Source: a virus. Taken from it: DNA of 60,777 nt. Shown one piece after another: positions 50,071 to 58,642 of the stretch. How positions within the stretch are numbered: position 1 is the stretch's first letter; each line of letters opens with the position of its first letter. Location: the IMG/VR virus record IMGVR_UViG_3300045988_022004. The stretch is one strand, 5' to 3'. Both the position numbers and the translations under genes were made by a program. Under the pieces are notes generated by a model. It was not told the origin of the DNA. It saw nothing but the letters and a program-made list of their open reading frames with translations, and searched no databases.

Positions 50071-51000
50071 TTACACTAATTCAGAAATTTCTACAAATCC
50101 TGTATACTTCTTTCCCTTAATAGTTACTACGCACAGTAACCATACCGACTTTTTGTACTTGTTGAAATATCCGTAGCACTCAACCTTTCTTCCAGCAGGA
50201 ATCTCAACCATTAGCTTTTTGTTCCATCCGGCATCAATACGCATAGGTGTTTTATTAGAAGTTTTATAAGCCTTCTTATAAGAATCACTCACATAAGCTG
50301 CTGAACATGTAGTAGTAGCCAGACCACACGGAGTGTTGATTACTGCGTTTACTTCTTTTATAACCGCTGTAACATTGTAATGCTTTGCTTTAAGATTCGA
50401 TTTGTAATCTTCTCCCCATTGACCAGCGATCACTTCTCTTGCTACTGTTTTAATATCTTTACCAACACGGCGATGAGTGCTAGTGCTAATCTTTGACTGA
50501 TCCACATCGTATTTCGGTGTGATAAATCCTCTTATGAATTTACCATTGATGCTGACTGTCCTCTTCTTAACAGAATCTTTATAATTACCTTCTGTTACGA
50601 CAAAGTAGCCTTCATTCCTGTTAACATAGGTAACCATTCCCACATGCTTTGGTGTTCCTTTGTTGTCTCCAATCCCATTATCCTTCCAATCATAAAGACA
50701 CGCATCTCCAATTTTAGGGATGTAACCATCATTCTCTTTCCAGCAACCAATTTTCTGAGCCTTTTTAATAAGATAATAACAGCTGCACTCAACTGGCATG
50801 ATATCAGTATATCCAAGGGCAATTGCTACTGCAGACCAAGTTGTAGCGCACCACGCCATTCCAGGCTTCATAGTAACACCTCTTGGTTTCGTTTTCTGTT
50901 TGTTGTAAATATCAAGAATGGATTTATAAGATCCATCTTTTTCGTTTTTGCCAACCCAAGAATTAATAAGGTTAACAGCCGCTTTTCGTGTTCTGGCCAT
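50071..51000 (-). CDS. Peptidoglycan hydrolase: cysteine peptidase (CHAP / NlpC-P60-like) plus a C-terminal SH3b-like wall-binding domain.
   Basis: GMAWCATTWSAV (Cys), PKHVGMVTYV (His), VVTEGN, and a C-terminal beta-rich stretch of about 70 aa. The ATG at 51000 follows AAAGGGGTGACATT. Confidence 0.65.
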   Translation of the reverse strand: MARTRKAAVNLINSWVGKNEKDGSYKSILDIYNKQKTKPRGVTMKPGMAWCATTWSAVAIALGYTDIMPVECSCYYLIKKAQKIGCWKENDGYIPKIGDACLYDWKDNGIGDNKGTPKHVGMVTYVNRNEGYFVVTEGNYKDSVKKRTVSINGKFIRGFITPKYDVDQSKISTSTHRRVGKDIKTVAREVIAGQWGEDYKSNLKAKHYNVTAVIKEVNAVINTPCGLATTTCSAAYVSDSYKKAYKTSNKTPMRIDAGWNKKLMVEIPAGRKVECYGYFNKYKKSVWLLCVVTIKGKKYTGFVEISELV

Positions 51001-51004
51001 AATG

Positions 51005-51565
51005 TCACCCCTTTGTGTGTAATTCTTTTTTTCTTCGTTCATTTTCTTTCTTTTGCCATCTACGGATTTCTTCATTGGTCATTTTCTTAGGAGGATTTGT
51101 TTTTACTGCGTACAACTCTATGAGCATAAAAACGCGTCTAATATTCCATTTCTCACAGGGATCAAATGGTATTCTAGCCATAGCTAAGTAAGCATATATT
51201 AGCTCGCTTGTTAATGTCTCCGGTTTCCCTTTATCGTCATCACCAATTGTAAAAACCCTAGATGCTGTAGCTGGGTCATCGATATAGTCAATTATTTTTT
51301 TAAGTAAACTATCATCAAGTCGCTTAAAAAACTCAACCTTATCAAAAGACCCAACTATCATACAGTACATATAATCAAGAAACTCTTCGTCGGTTAGAGT
51401 TCCCTCATCCATAGATTTCAATAATGGTTTATGCCATACTTGCTCCCATTTTGAAATTGCTATTAGGGAATGCTCGAGCTTAATCTTAGTAGGTTTTACA
51501 ACCTTCCCAAAAGTTTGAGTTTCTTGATCAAACGGCTCATATCCAGGAAGAATTAATTCGAGCAT
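51005..51565 (-). CDS. Tail assembly chaperone-like protein (Gp15-like).
   Basis: Called from its position between the major tail protein and tape measure genes. It has its own RBS. Confidence 0.4.
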   Translation of the reverse strand: MLELILPGYEPFDQETQTFGKVVKPTKIKLEHSLIAISKWEQVWHKPLLKSMDEGTLTDEEFLDYMYCMIVGSFDKVEFFKRLDDSLLKKIIDYIDDPATASRVFTIGDDDKGKPETLTSELIYAYLAMARIPFDPCEKWNIRRVFMLIELYAVKTNPPKKMTNEEIRRWQKKENERRKKELHTKG

Positions 51566-51575
51566 TATTATCTCC

Positions 51576-52082
51576 TTAGTTTGCTTCTTTCACAGCGTCA
51601 TCTGTAGCAGCTACAGATCCTGCTACTTCTGCCATTGCTGCTGAAATCGCCTTTCTCTGAGCATCGCTTAATGTAGCATCGTCATAGACTCCAGATTCTG
51701 CTGCTTTCTTGATCTTGTCATTTACTTCGTCAGGCATGATATTAAGCAGAAACTCGGAAGCTTTTGCTTCATCCATACAAATTTCCATAAAGAACTTGTC
51801 ATATGCTGCAGTAGCCTTGAACTCTGCCAGTGCTTCAGGAGTCTTTGTAAATGTACGGCCGTCAAGAGATTTGATTCCGTAAGATGCATCAATAATCTTC
51901 TCAAAAAGATTCATGATATCCGGCTGAGACTGTTTCTGCACCATAAGGCTCATATATGATGTTAAGCCCCCGTTAAGGCTTGTTTCCAATTTTAAAATTT
52001 CACTCTGAGTAAGATTGAAGTAGAAATCTTCAGATCTCTCATTTCCGTCAAAGTCCTTGTAATTGATAGTTTTGATAAACAT
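51576..52082 (-). CDS. Tail assembly chaperone.
   Basis: Called from position after the major tail protein. Acidic, 168 aa. Confidence 0.5.
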   Translation of the reverse strand: MFIKTINYKDFDGNERSEDFYFNLTQSEILKLETSLNGGLTSYMSLMVQKQSQPDIMNLFEKIIDASYGIKSLDGRTFTKTPEALAEFKATAAYDKFFMEICMDEAKASEFLLNIMPDEVNDKIKKAAESGVYDDATLSDAQRKAISAAMAEVAGSVAATDDAVKEAN

Positions 52083-52111
52083 AATTTAGTCTCCTTTCAT
52101 TCTTAAAAATC

Positions 52112-52138
52112 CCAGTCTGCATATTTCAGCAGACTAGG
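52112..52138 (-). terminator. Rho-independent terminator candidate after the tail tube gene.
   Basis: CCUAGUCUGC-loop-GCAGACUGG stem followed by GAUUUUUAAG. Confidence 0.5.
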
Positions 52139-52145
52139 AAAAACT

Positions 52146-53203
52146 TTATTCTGTTTTAAGTGTTACACCTGTAAGTAAGTATTCTTTTGTTTCTGTCGCG
52201 CCTTTGTTAGTTGCTTTAATCAAGATGGACTGCTTATTAGCGTCCTTGATCTTAAGAACTGCCTGATGATCAGACTGGAGAAGTTTAGATGGGCCAGATG
52301 TTCCATTTTTAACTTCAACTGTTAATGATTCAGGGAAACCACTCTTTGGAGCAATGTCAAGAGCGATGTAATTACCACTCTGTTCGTCGACTTTACTGCT
52401 GAATCCAGTATAGCCCGTCACATAGTTAAGAGTACCAGAAATTACTCCGGTACTCTCATTCACCTTGATATTTGACTGAAGGTCAGCTGCCTTCTTGCCA
52501 AACAGGTCGTCTTCTCCTATAATAGGAGTTGCAGAGACGTCCAGTGACGGGTCAGTTATTTTAAAAGTTTAATGATCTCATCTGGAAGAAGCAATTTAGC
52601 TTCTGTATCTTCTGTTCCATACAAAGCATCCTCGATCTTCTTCATCTTGGTAGCTTCGACCTTTGTAGAATCGATCTCGAGGTGCGCTGTTGGCTTAAAG
52701 CCATCAACTGTAACTGGTGTTGTTGAAAGCTCCCAGCTAAATGAAATTGCCTCTGGAGAATCATTTACTGACTGGAAACCTTTCTCTGATGGAGAAGCCT
52801 TAGCTCCGTAAATGATGTGAATCTTGTAACCATAATCATTGCTCTTAACATCGTTGCCAATCAACGTGCGATAAGAGAAACCAAATGTATCTCTATTCTG
52901 CTGACCAATAGTAACTCCCTTGCTAATCTCAGCTGTTCCATTGCATCTTTCGAATGCTTCTGGATAAGTGTAAGCTTCAATTGTAGCTCCAAACTCCTCT
53001 GCTGACATAAGGCTAAGATACTTCATGTTATCAGCATATACAGCAGATGCTTCTGCTCCGGATGGAGATTCTGTAACTGCAGTGAGGCCGTTCCATGCAG
53101 AACCAGCGCCATATTCACCATCAACAACTGGATAAATAACGCCATGATCCACACCGGTCTCGTACTTACGTTCTCCGGTTTTGTCCCATGTTAATTTAGA
53201 CAT
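52146..53203 (-). CDS. Long isoform of the major tail protein (about 352 aa), made by a -1 frameshift that adds a 137-aa Ig-like C-terminal domain.
   Basis: The downstream frame is open from 52568. Slipping -1 on T_TTA_AAA joins K215 to ITDPSLDVSATP... Confidence 0.6.
52556..53203 (-). CDS. Major tail (tube) protein, short isoform.
   Basis: 215 aa, starting MSKLTWDKTGERKYETGVDHGVIYP. Called from its position after the connector genes. Confidence 0.75.
   Translation of the reverse strand: MSKLTWDKTGERKYETGVDHGVIYPVVDGEYGAGSAWNGLTAVTESPSGAEASAVYADNMKYLSLMSAEEFGATIEAYTYPEAFERCNGTAEISKGVTIGQQNRDTFGFSYRTLIGNDVKSNDYGYKIHIIYGAKASPSEKGFQSVNDSPEAISFSWELSTTPVTVDGFKPTAHLEIDSTKVEATKMKKIEDALYGTEDTEAKLLLPDEIIKLLK
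52559..52565 (-). promoter_or_regulatory. -1 programmed ribosomal frameshift heptamer T_TTA_AAA, immediately before the TAA stop.
   Basis: It fits X_XXY_YYZ in the zero frame (CTT TTA AAA TAA). The -1 frame continues for 137 codons. Confidence 0.6.
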
Positions 53204-53215
53204 GTTTTTCCTCCT

Positions 53216-53551
53216 TTAAAATATAATTACAAAGACCGAATGATACAGTCCATCTGATAAGTAAGATCTGTTAAATCTTGCCGTGGGTATTTCCACTATC
53301 TTATCGACTAATGTGTTATCCGGGTCTTTAGTTACCACTTCTACTGAGTATTCTTTATCAATACTATAATTCTTGTTATCTGCCGATCGAATATTGTAAT
53401 CATCGACAGAGTATATTACTGCCGGGTATTTGATGTTCTTTATAACTTTTTGCCCAGCACCGGATACATTGGAAGGTGGCTGGAAATATACATTGGCGCC
53501 CTTCCCAACAATATCTTTTAAATATCTATCGAAATCAAGTCTCGTCCTCAT
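53216..53551 (-). CDS. Head-tail joining protein (neck).
   Basis: Small ORF between the capsid and tail tube genes. Confidence 0.5.
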   Translation of the reverse strand: MRTRLDFDRYLKDIVGKGANVYFQPPSNVSGAGQKVIKNIKYPAVIYSVDDYNIRSADNKNYSIDKEYSVEVVTKDPDNTLVDKIVEIPTARFNRSYLSDGLYHSVFVIIF

Positions 53552-53867
53552 TCCAAAGCTCTCCCAATGTTATAATAAGTCTAGGGGACTGTGAAGCATC
53601 AACTTCTGTTGCCTTCCACTTAGCCCCCATAAACTCAACCCATCGCATATCAACGAAATGATCGCGTATATAGGCATCACCGATAACACTTATCTGATTA
53701 GAGATTGAAATGTTACTATTGATCTGCTGCGAATCCTGAAGACGTCTCGTATTACGAAGAATATCTCCTCGATAGATACGTTCCGTTATTTGCTCAGTCC
53801 AAACTGATTGAGCTACTTCTACTTGCTCAGCAAAGCCGATCTTGCCGTACCATCTATTCACGATCAT
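53535..53867 (-). CDS. Head-tail connector / head closure protein.
   Basis: Small ORF directly after the capsid gene. Confidence 0.5.
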   Translation of the reverse strand: MIVNRWYGKIGFAEQVEVAQSVWTEQITERIYRGDILRNTRRLQDSQQINSNISISNQISVIGDAYIRDHFVDMRWVEFMGAKWKATEVDASQSPRLIITLGELWNEDET

Positions 53868-53882
53868 TTCCTCCCATTTTGA

Positions 53883-55745
53883 TTAGTTGCCGCTCTGACC
53901 AGCTACCTTACTAAGGTCTGCTGTTGCAATCTTTGTCTCGATAGCAATAGCTGATAATGGTTTAATCAGTGCTCCAGAGATACGTGTCTCGATAAGGTAC
54001 TTCTGAGCGTTGTAGTCAATGTCGAAATCGTCGAACATATTGATAGCGCCGCCCTTGTCCGCACCAATGTTGTAGTCCTGCAGGTTTACAATGATACCCT
54101 GAAGAGCCAGTGTGTCAGTCTTGTCTACACGTGTGAGACCTTCCATAACCGGAACAGAAACAATCTTGGATACACGGCATGCTGTAGCCAGCTTCTCAAT
54201 GTTGTCGTAGATGATACGTCCGTTCTTATCCTTCAGCAGTAAGCACTCTGTAATGATTGACTCTGGAGCGAACAGTTTTGGATTACCCGAACCCTTGTAC
54301 TCGATACGTGCTCTTACGCAGGCCTCGATAAATGCTGTAGCCTTCTCAGCTGCGGTTGTTTCTTTCGTGATTGCAATAGGATACTTGATTGTGTAGAGAT
54401 CAGCATCTTTCCAGATAGGACGAATGTTGTCCTCTTTGATGTGATCATCGCTGGATGTAAGACGTCCATCACCAACCAGGACTGCTCTTGCAATTTCCTC
54501 GTTCAGCATCATTCTCATTTCTGCTTTAAGCCAAACGATTACATCGAAATCTGTAATATCGATAACATCATCACGGTCAATCTTCTGCTTCTTGTAGATT
54601 GTCTGCGGAGTGGTTGTTCTCTTCAGTAATGAGAATACTTCCTCCTTCTTGAGCTTACCTTTGATATAACCTCTTGCCCGGGCTTCGTCCTCTCTCAGGT
54701 CTGCGAACGTAGACTTGATTCTTGAGAATGGTGTGTGGTGTACTCCGTTCATTACTTCGGTTACCCATCCCTGATCTCTTGCAATGAAATCTGGCGGTGT
54801 GTTTAAATTTTTGGCATCCGGGAACAGGTACTCAATATTTGTAATACCATGAGCAAGGAATGATTCTTTCATAGAACCATATCTCTTACCGTCCTCGATA
54901 ATCTCCTGCATTTCGCTGTGGGACAGAACGTCTCTGTTGTCTGTATTGTTGCCTTCGAATAAGTTATGTGCGATTGCACCCATGTCGTCATCCTCCTCTT
55001 CATATTCTTCGGAATCGTCATCATCTTCGTCAGGATCTTCGACGTCCTCATCATCCTCTTCGTCAGGATCTTCGACGTTCTCATCATCCTCGTCTTCATA
55101 CTCTTCGTCCTCGTAATCATCGTTTTCGAGAGCACTAGGGTCTTCCGCTAATGCGCTTCCTACAGCTGCGTAGAAAGCATCTTGCTGTTCTGGTGTCATC
55201 GTATCGACGACATCTTGAATACTCTTGTTAGCCACTTCGTCTTCTCCTTCCTCATTAGAGTGCATAAGTTCAAGATACTCTCCTGAGTAAATATACGCCT
55301 CATAATCATCATTGTCGATTGTATCGCCATGCGCTAAGGCAACATCTTCAATATATGCGCCTGGATTTGCTCCTGCAAGAACAAGGCTTAATTCCTTAAT
55401 TTCGCCATGCTGAACATACGGTCCACGCTGCTGAAGATGATTCGCCCAAATACTAAGCGAATCCATATCTCCATGCTGAACTGCATACCTAGCGATCCTA
55501 GCATTATCCGAATCATTGAAGTATCCGTAGGCATACACGCCTTCATCACGGCATTCCATATAAGCATGTCCAAGCACGCTATTGACACTGTTGTGATCAT
55601 GGTTATACACCAACGGTACTTTAGTGCCATCGATGTCGTCGAAAGCACCATGCTGAATAATTCTTCCGTCAGCACAAAGGATACCAAACTTTGTAGCCCA
55701 GCCCTTAAAGTCGCAATCGGCATACTTTGAGCGTTTAGCTCCCAT
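53883..55745 (-). CDS. Fusion of an HK97-type prohead protease, a poly-acidic linker and the major capsid protein.
   Basis: N-terminus: VPLVYNHDHNSVNSVLGH...DSLSIWAN (His/Ser protease motifs). A D/E-rich linker of about 50 aa spans about nt 54990-55140. The C-terminal region of about 370 aa is capsid-like. Confidence 0.75.
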   Translation of the reverse strand: MGAKRSKYADCDFKGWATKFGILCADGRIIQHGAFDDIDGTKVPLVYNHDHNSVNSVLGHAYMECRDEGVYAYGYFNDSDNARIARYAVQHGDMDSLSIWANHLQQRGPYVQHGEIKELSLVLAGANPGAYIEDVALAHGDTIDNDDYEAYIYSGEYLELMHSNEEGEDEVANKSIQDVVDTMTPEQQDAFYAAVGSALAEDPSALENDDYEDEEYEDEDDENVEDPDEEDDEDVEDPDEDDDDSEEYEEEDDDMGAIAHNLFEGNNTDNRDVLSHSEMQEIIEDGKRYGSMKESFLAHGITNIEYLFPDAKNLNTPPDFIARDQGWVTEVMNGVHHTPFSRIKSTFADLREDEARARGYIKGKLKKEEVFSLLKRTTTPQTIYKKQKIDRDDVIDITDFDVIVWLKAEMRMMLNEEIARAVLVGDGRLTSSDDHIKEDNIRPIWKDADLYTIKYPIAITKETTAAEKATAFIEACVRARIEYKGSGNPKLFAPESIITECLLLKDKNGRIIYDNIEKLATACRVSKIVSVPVMEGLTRVDKTDTLALQGIIVNLQDYNIGADKGGAINMFDDFDIDYNAQKYLIETRISGALIKPLSAIAIETKIATADLSKVAGQSGN

Positions 55746-55763
55746 TTTGAATTCCTCCTTTAC

Positions 55764-57008
55764 TTATTGTTCTTCTGTTTCCTCGTCAGCAGAATCTGTA
55801 TTATACATCTGATCCAATTCAGCATTAGACGCTGAAATATTGTTGTTCGTCAACATGTCTGCCTTCGGATCATCTACTGGCCTTAAACCAATTACTTGAC
55901 GGAACTCATTGGATGTCATGATACAGTTTCTTGTGAACTTGTCAGCAAGCTCTGCAAGATTTGTAGTAGATACCAGTTTGAATGGGTCCCTGAAATATTT
56001 AATGGCATGTCCTTGTGTGCGTGCTGTCTTTGTTAAGAACTTTCTGTTCATTTCATCAACGACCGCAGCGAGTATCGGTTCGATTATACGATTGTAATAA
56101 TTGTTCATCGTATTCTCGTCTGCTGTACCATTAAGAATCTCCATTGTCATTCCTAACTGAGAGAATAACAAATTCGTGAAGTACTCAACCTGTTTAAGCA
56201 GATTGTTTTCAATCGAACGATTAAGCTGAGTGACATGCTCGGTTGAGTCTATGTAAGCGACTCCATATTTAGAGCTTGCCAATTGTTCAGCAAGCTCTTT
56301 ACGACGTTCTCTAGCCTGAGCTTTTCTTGCTTCAGACTTAATCGTGTATGGCAACTGAATAATCAAATCAAGTTTATCAGACCCGCTTCTATCGTCTATG
56401 AAATCGAGAATCGACAGTTTCCGTTTAAGTCGATGAGCTGTCGAATTCTGTTCATTCATGATTGCATAAAATGGATTCTCAACTATCGCTACTGTTTTCT
56501 TTGGTAGATCGAGTTCCTCGAATTGTCCAGTATGATCATTGTATATTCGCACTCTGACAGCGCGAGGATACCAATTGATTATCTTAGCTGTACGCATCGA
56601 TTGAATATCATAAACGTTTCCATGTACAGGGTCCATAGTCGTATCGACAGGAACTATAGCCACACATCCTTCGTCAAGAAGTTTCAGTACAATATCCTGT
56701 TTAAATGCACGAGATGTCTGATCAATATTAGCTTCTGTTGTAAGACAATAGTTAAGCCCATCTTCCACATTATCCGTAAACCTTTTATTATCATCCAACA
56801 TAACATGCTCTATATCGACTGCAGCAACGTCTGTTGACATCTTATTGTATATCGTTGTAATAATCGATCGTTCGTTTCCCATCGTCAGTCTAGGACGAGA
56901 TGGGTTATCATAGCTAACTGCACCAAGACCAGTTCCATACGAATATGGTGTCGGATCTTTGTTCATAAATGCATTCCAGCCATGCTTTAATCTGTTAATA
57001 AAACCCAT
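55764..57008 (-). CDS. Portal protein.
   Basis: 414 aa with an acidic C-terminus, located between the TerL region and the protease-capsid gene. Confidence 0.7.
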   Translation of the reverse strand: MGFINRLKHGWNAFMNKDPTPYSYGTGLGAVSYDNPSRPRLTMGNERSIITTIYNKMSTDVAAVDIEHVMLDDNKRFTDNVEDGLNYCLTTEANIDQTSRAFKQDIVLKLLDEGCVAIVPVDTTMDPVHGNVYDIQSMRTAKIINWYPRAVRVRIYNDHTGQFEELDLPKKTVAIVENPFYAIMNEQNSTAHRLKRKLSILDFIDDRSGSDKLDLIIQLPYTIKSEARKAQARERRKELAEQLASSKYGVAYIDSTEHVTQLNRSIENNLLKQVEYFTNLLFSQLGMTMEILNGTADENTMNNYYNRIIEPILAAVVDEMNRKFLTKTARTQGHAIKYFRDPFKLVSTTNLAELADKFTRNCIMTSNEFRQVIGLRPVDDPKADMLTNNNISASNAELDQMYNTDSADEETEEQ

Positions 57009-57019
57009 ATGCTATCTCC

Positions 57020-58078
57020 TTATTTAGTAAGGTAATTCAGATAAGCCTTTCCAGCTCTCTTTGCTCTGTTGAAAGTGTTACGTGCTTTTCTAACTTTCTT
57101 CTTTGCTGCTTTGTATGCTTTATTAGCATCTCTAGAAACACTGTTAATTTTCTTCTTTGCTGACTTGTATGCCTTATTGACATCTTTAGAAACGCTGTTG
57201 TATTTCTTCTTAGCCGATGAAATGTATGGTCTAGCGTCATTACTCAGCTTCTGACCAGCTCTACTAAGCTTATACTCTGCTTTTGATTTAACTGAGTTTG
57301 CCTTGTTACGAACTTCTGCAGAAGTAACCACACGGTCTCTAGCAGTTGACGTAGCTTTTCTGGCTGTCTTATAAGCACCAGTCTTCTTAACATCTCTAGC
57401 AAGTTTCTGTCCAGCTCTGGTAATCTTATACTCGCCTTTAGAAACTATTGATCTTGCTTTTGCTCTTGCGGCATTTGCTGTAGGTGACTTGGCTGCCTTA
57501 CTTACAAGATATTTTGTAGCTGCCATTTTGGCTGCAGCATCCCTAGTAGCTACTTTTGTAGCAAACTTAGCAGCTTTCTTGACTTTCGTCGATGGGGCAT
57601 TCTGCTTTTTGACGTTAGCTGCAATTTGCTTCATCTGCCTATCCTGTTTCTTCTTAAGCATATCAGCATTTTTCTTAGCTATGGTATGTGCATTCATTGC
57701 TCTTACACGTTTTTGAAAATCCTTTTCATGCTGAGCCTTCTGTGCCTGGATTGCATCAGTAGGTCCCTTGTAAAGGTTAGCTTTCTTACGCCGTTCCATT
57801 TCTACATGCTTTTTCTGCTGAACAGGCCCCTGCTTTACCCAAGAAGTAGGTGTGCCAGTTTCACTAACCTGCTTATCTTTAAAAGCATAATGCTTCTGAG
57901 CCTTCTGTGCACGCATTGCAGATGTCGGACCTTTATATGGCGCAGATGATTTTTTTACATCTTCTGGGTAAACGTACTTACCATTTTTTATGTACAAGTA
58001 TTTGTGCTTTTTCCAGCTATGCTTGAGAACAGTGTTACCATCCTCGTCTGTGGCTTTATAATATACGGAATCGCTCAT
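57020..58078 (-). CDS. Highly basic Lys/Ala-rich repeat protein.
   Basis: 352 aa from ATG 58078. It has three kinds of internal duplicate: YKGPT.A.QAQKAQ, SK.EYK..RAGQKL and KKK.NSVS.D.NKAYK.AKKK. Confidence 0.65.
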   Translation of the reverse strand: MSDSVYYKATDEDGNTVLKHSWKKHKYLYIKNGKYVYPEDVKKSSAPYKGPTSAMRAQKAQKHYAFKDKQVSETGTPTSWVKQGPVQQKKHVEMERRKKANLYKGPTDAIQAQKAQHEKDFQKRVRAMNAHTIAKKNADMLKKKQDRQMKQIAANVKKQNAPSTKVKKAAKFATKVATRDAAAKMAATKYLVSKAAKSPTANAARAKARSIVSKGEYKITRAGQKLARDVKKTGAYKTARKATSTARDRVVTSAEVRNKANSVKSKAEYKLSRAGQKLSNDARPYISSAKKKYNSVSKDVNKAYKSAKKKINSVSRDANKAYKAAKKKVRKARNTFNRAKRAGKAYLNYLTK

Positions 58079-58079
58079 A

Positions 58080-58637
58080 TTACCATCCTTTCTGTTTCTT
58101 TCTAAATTTTTGAACGTATTGCTTTCCACGTATGGAAGCTAACTCAGTATCCACTGTTTTCTTCTTTTCTGCAGTTTTTGTTGTTCGCCGTTTGATAGAT
58201 TCGGCTTTCTTGGTATACTTAGCTGCTTTCTTTCCATAACGATTTGCTTTCTTTCTAGCTCGTTCAGCTTTTTGAAGATTACCAGTGTATCCTATATCCG
58301 TAAGAGCATGATCACGCTTAATACGTTTTGACTCTTCTTTTTCTTTGAACTTAACTCGTTTGGCCATAGCTTCCGAAGCTTTTCGTTCATAATTCGAGAT
58401 ACGAGATTTTGTCTTCGCAGAGTTTTGTTTCTTCATTTGAGAGGCAAGCCGATTGGATTTTGATTCGAGGTGTGACGCTCTTCTTCCGGAATGCTGGTAC
58501 GGTTCTTTTCCTGATCCATACTTATAACGACCAGATCTTCTTGGCAAACCGTAATGCTCAAGATGGAGACCATCTAAGTCTGAATGAACTAGTGATATTG
58601 TTCCATCCTCATTCTTTACTTTTACGTACATAGCCAT
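58080..58637 (-). CDS. Basic protein with the HYGLPRRSGRYKYGSGKEPYQ motif.
   Basis: Track ORF; motif at nt 58494-58556. Confidence 0.7.
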   Translation of the reverse strand: MAMYVKVKNEDGTISLVHSDLDGLHLEHYGLPRRSGRYKYGSGKEPYQHSGRRASHLESKSNRLASQMKKQNSAKTKSRISNYERKASEAMAKRVKFKEKEESKRIKRDHALTDIGYTGNLQKAERARKKANRYGKKAAKYTKKAESIKRRTTKTAEKKKTVDTELASIRGKQYVQKFRKKQKGW

Positions 58638-58642
58638 TACTC

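Noticed and set aside
51005-52082. Classical G/G-T chaperone frameshift between the two genes upstream of the tape measure gene.
   Set aside because: The second gene has its own RBS and ATG after a short gap. No slippery heptamer or overlapping open frame was seen. The frameshift signal found is at the tail tube gene instead.
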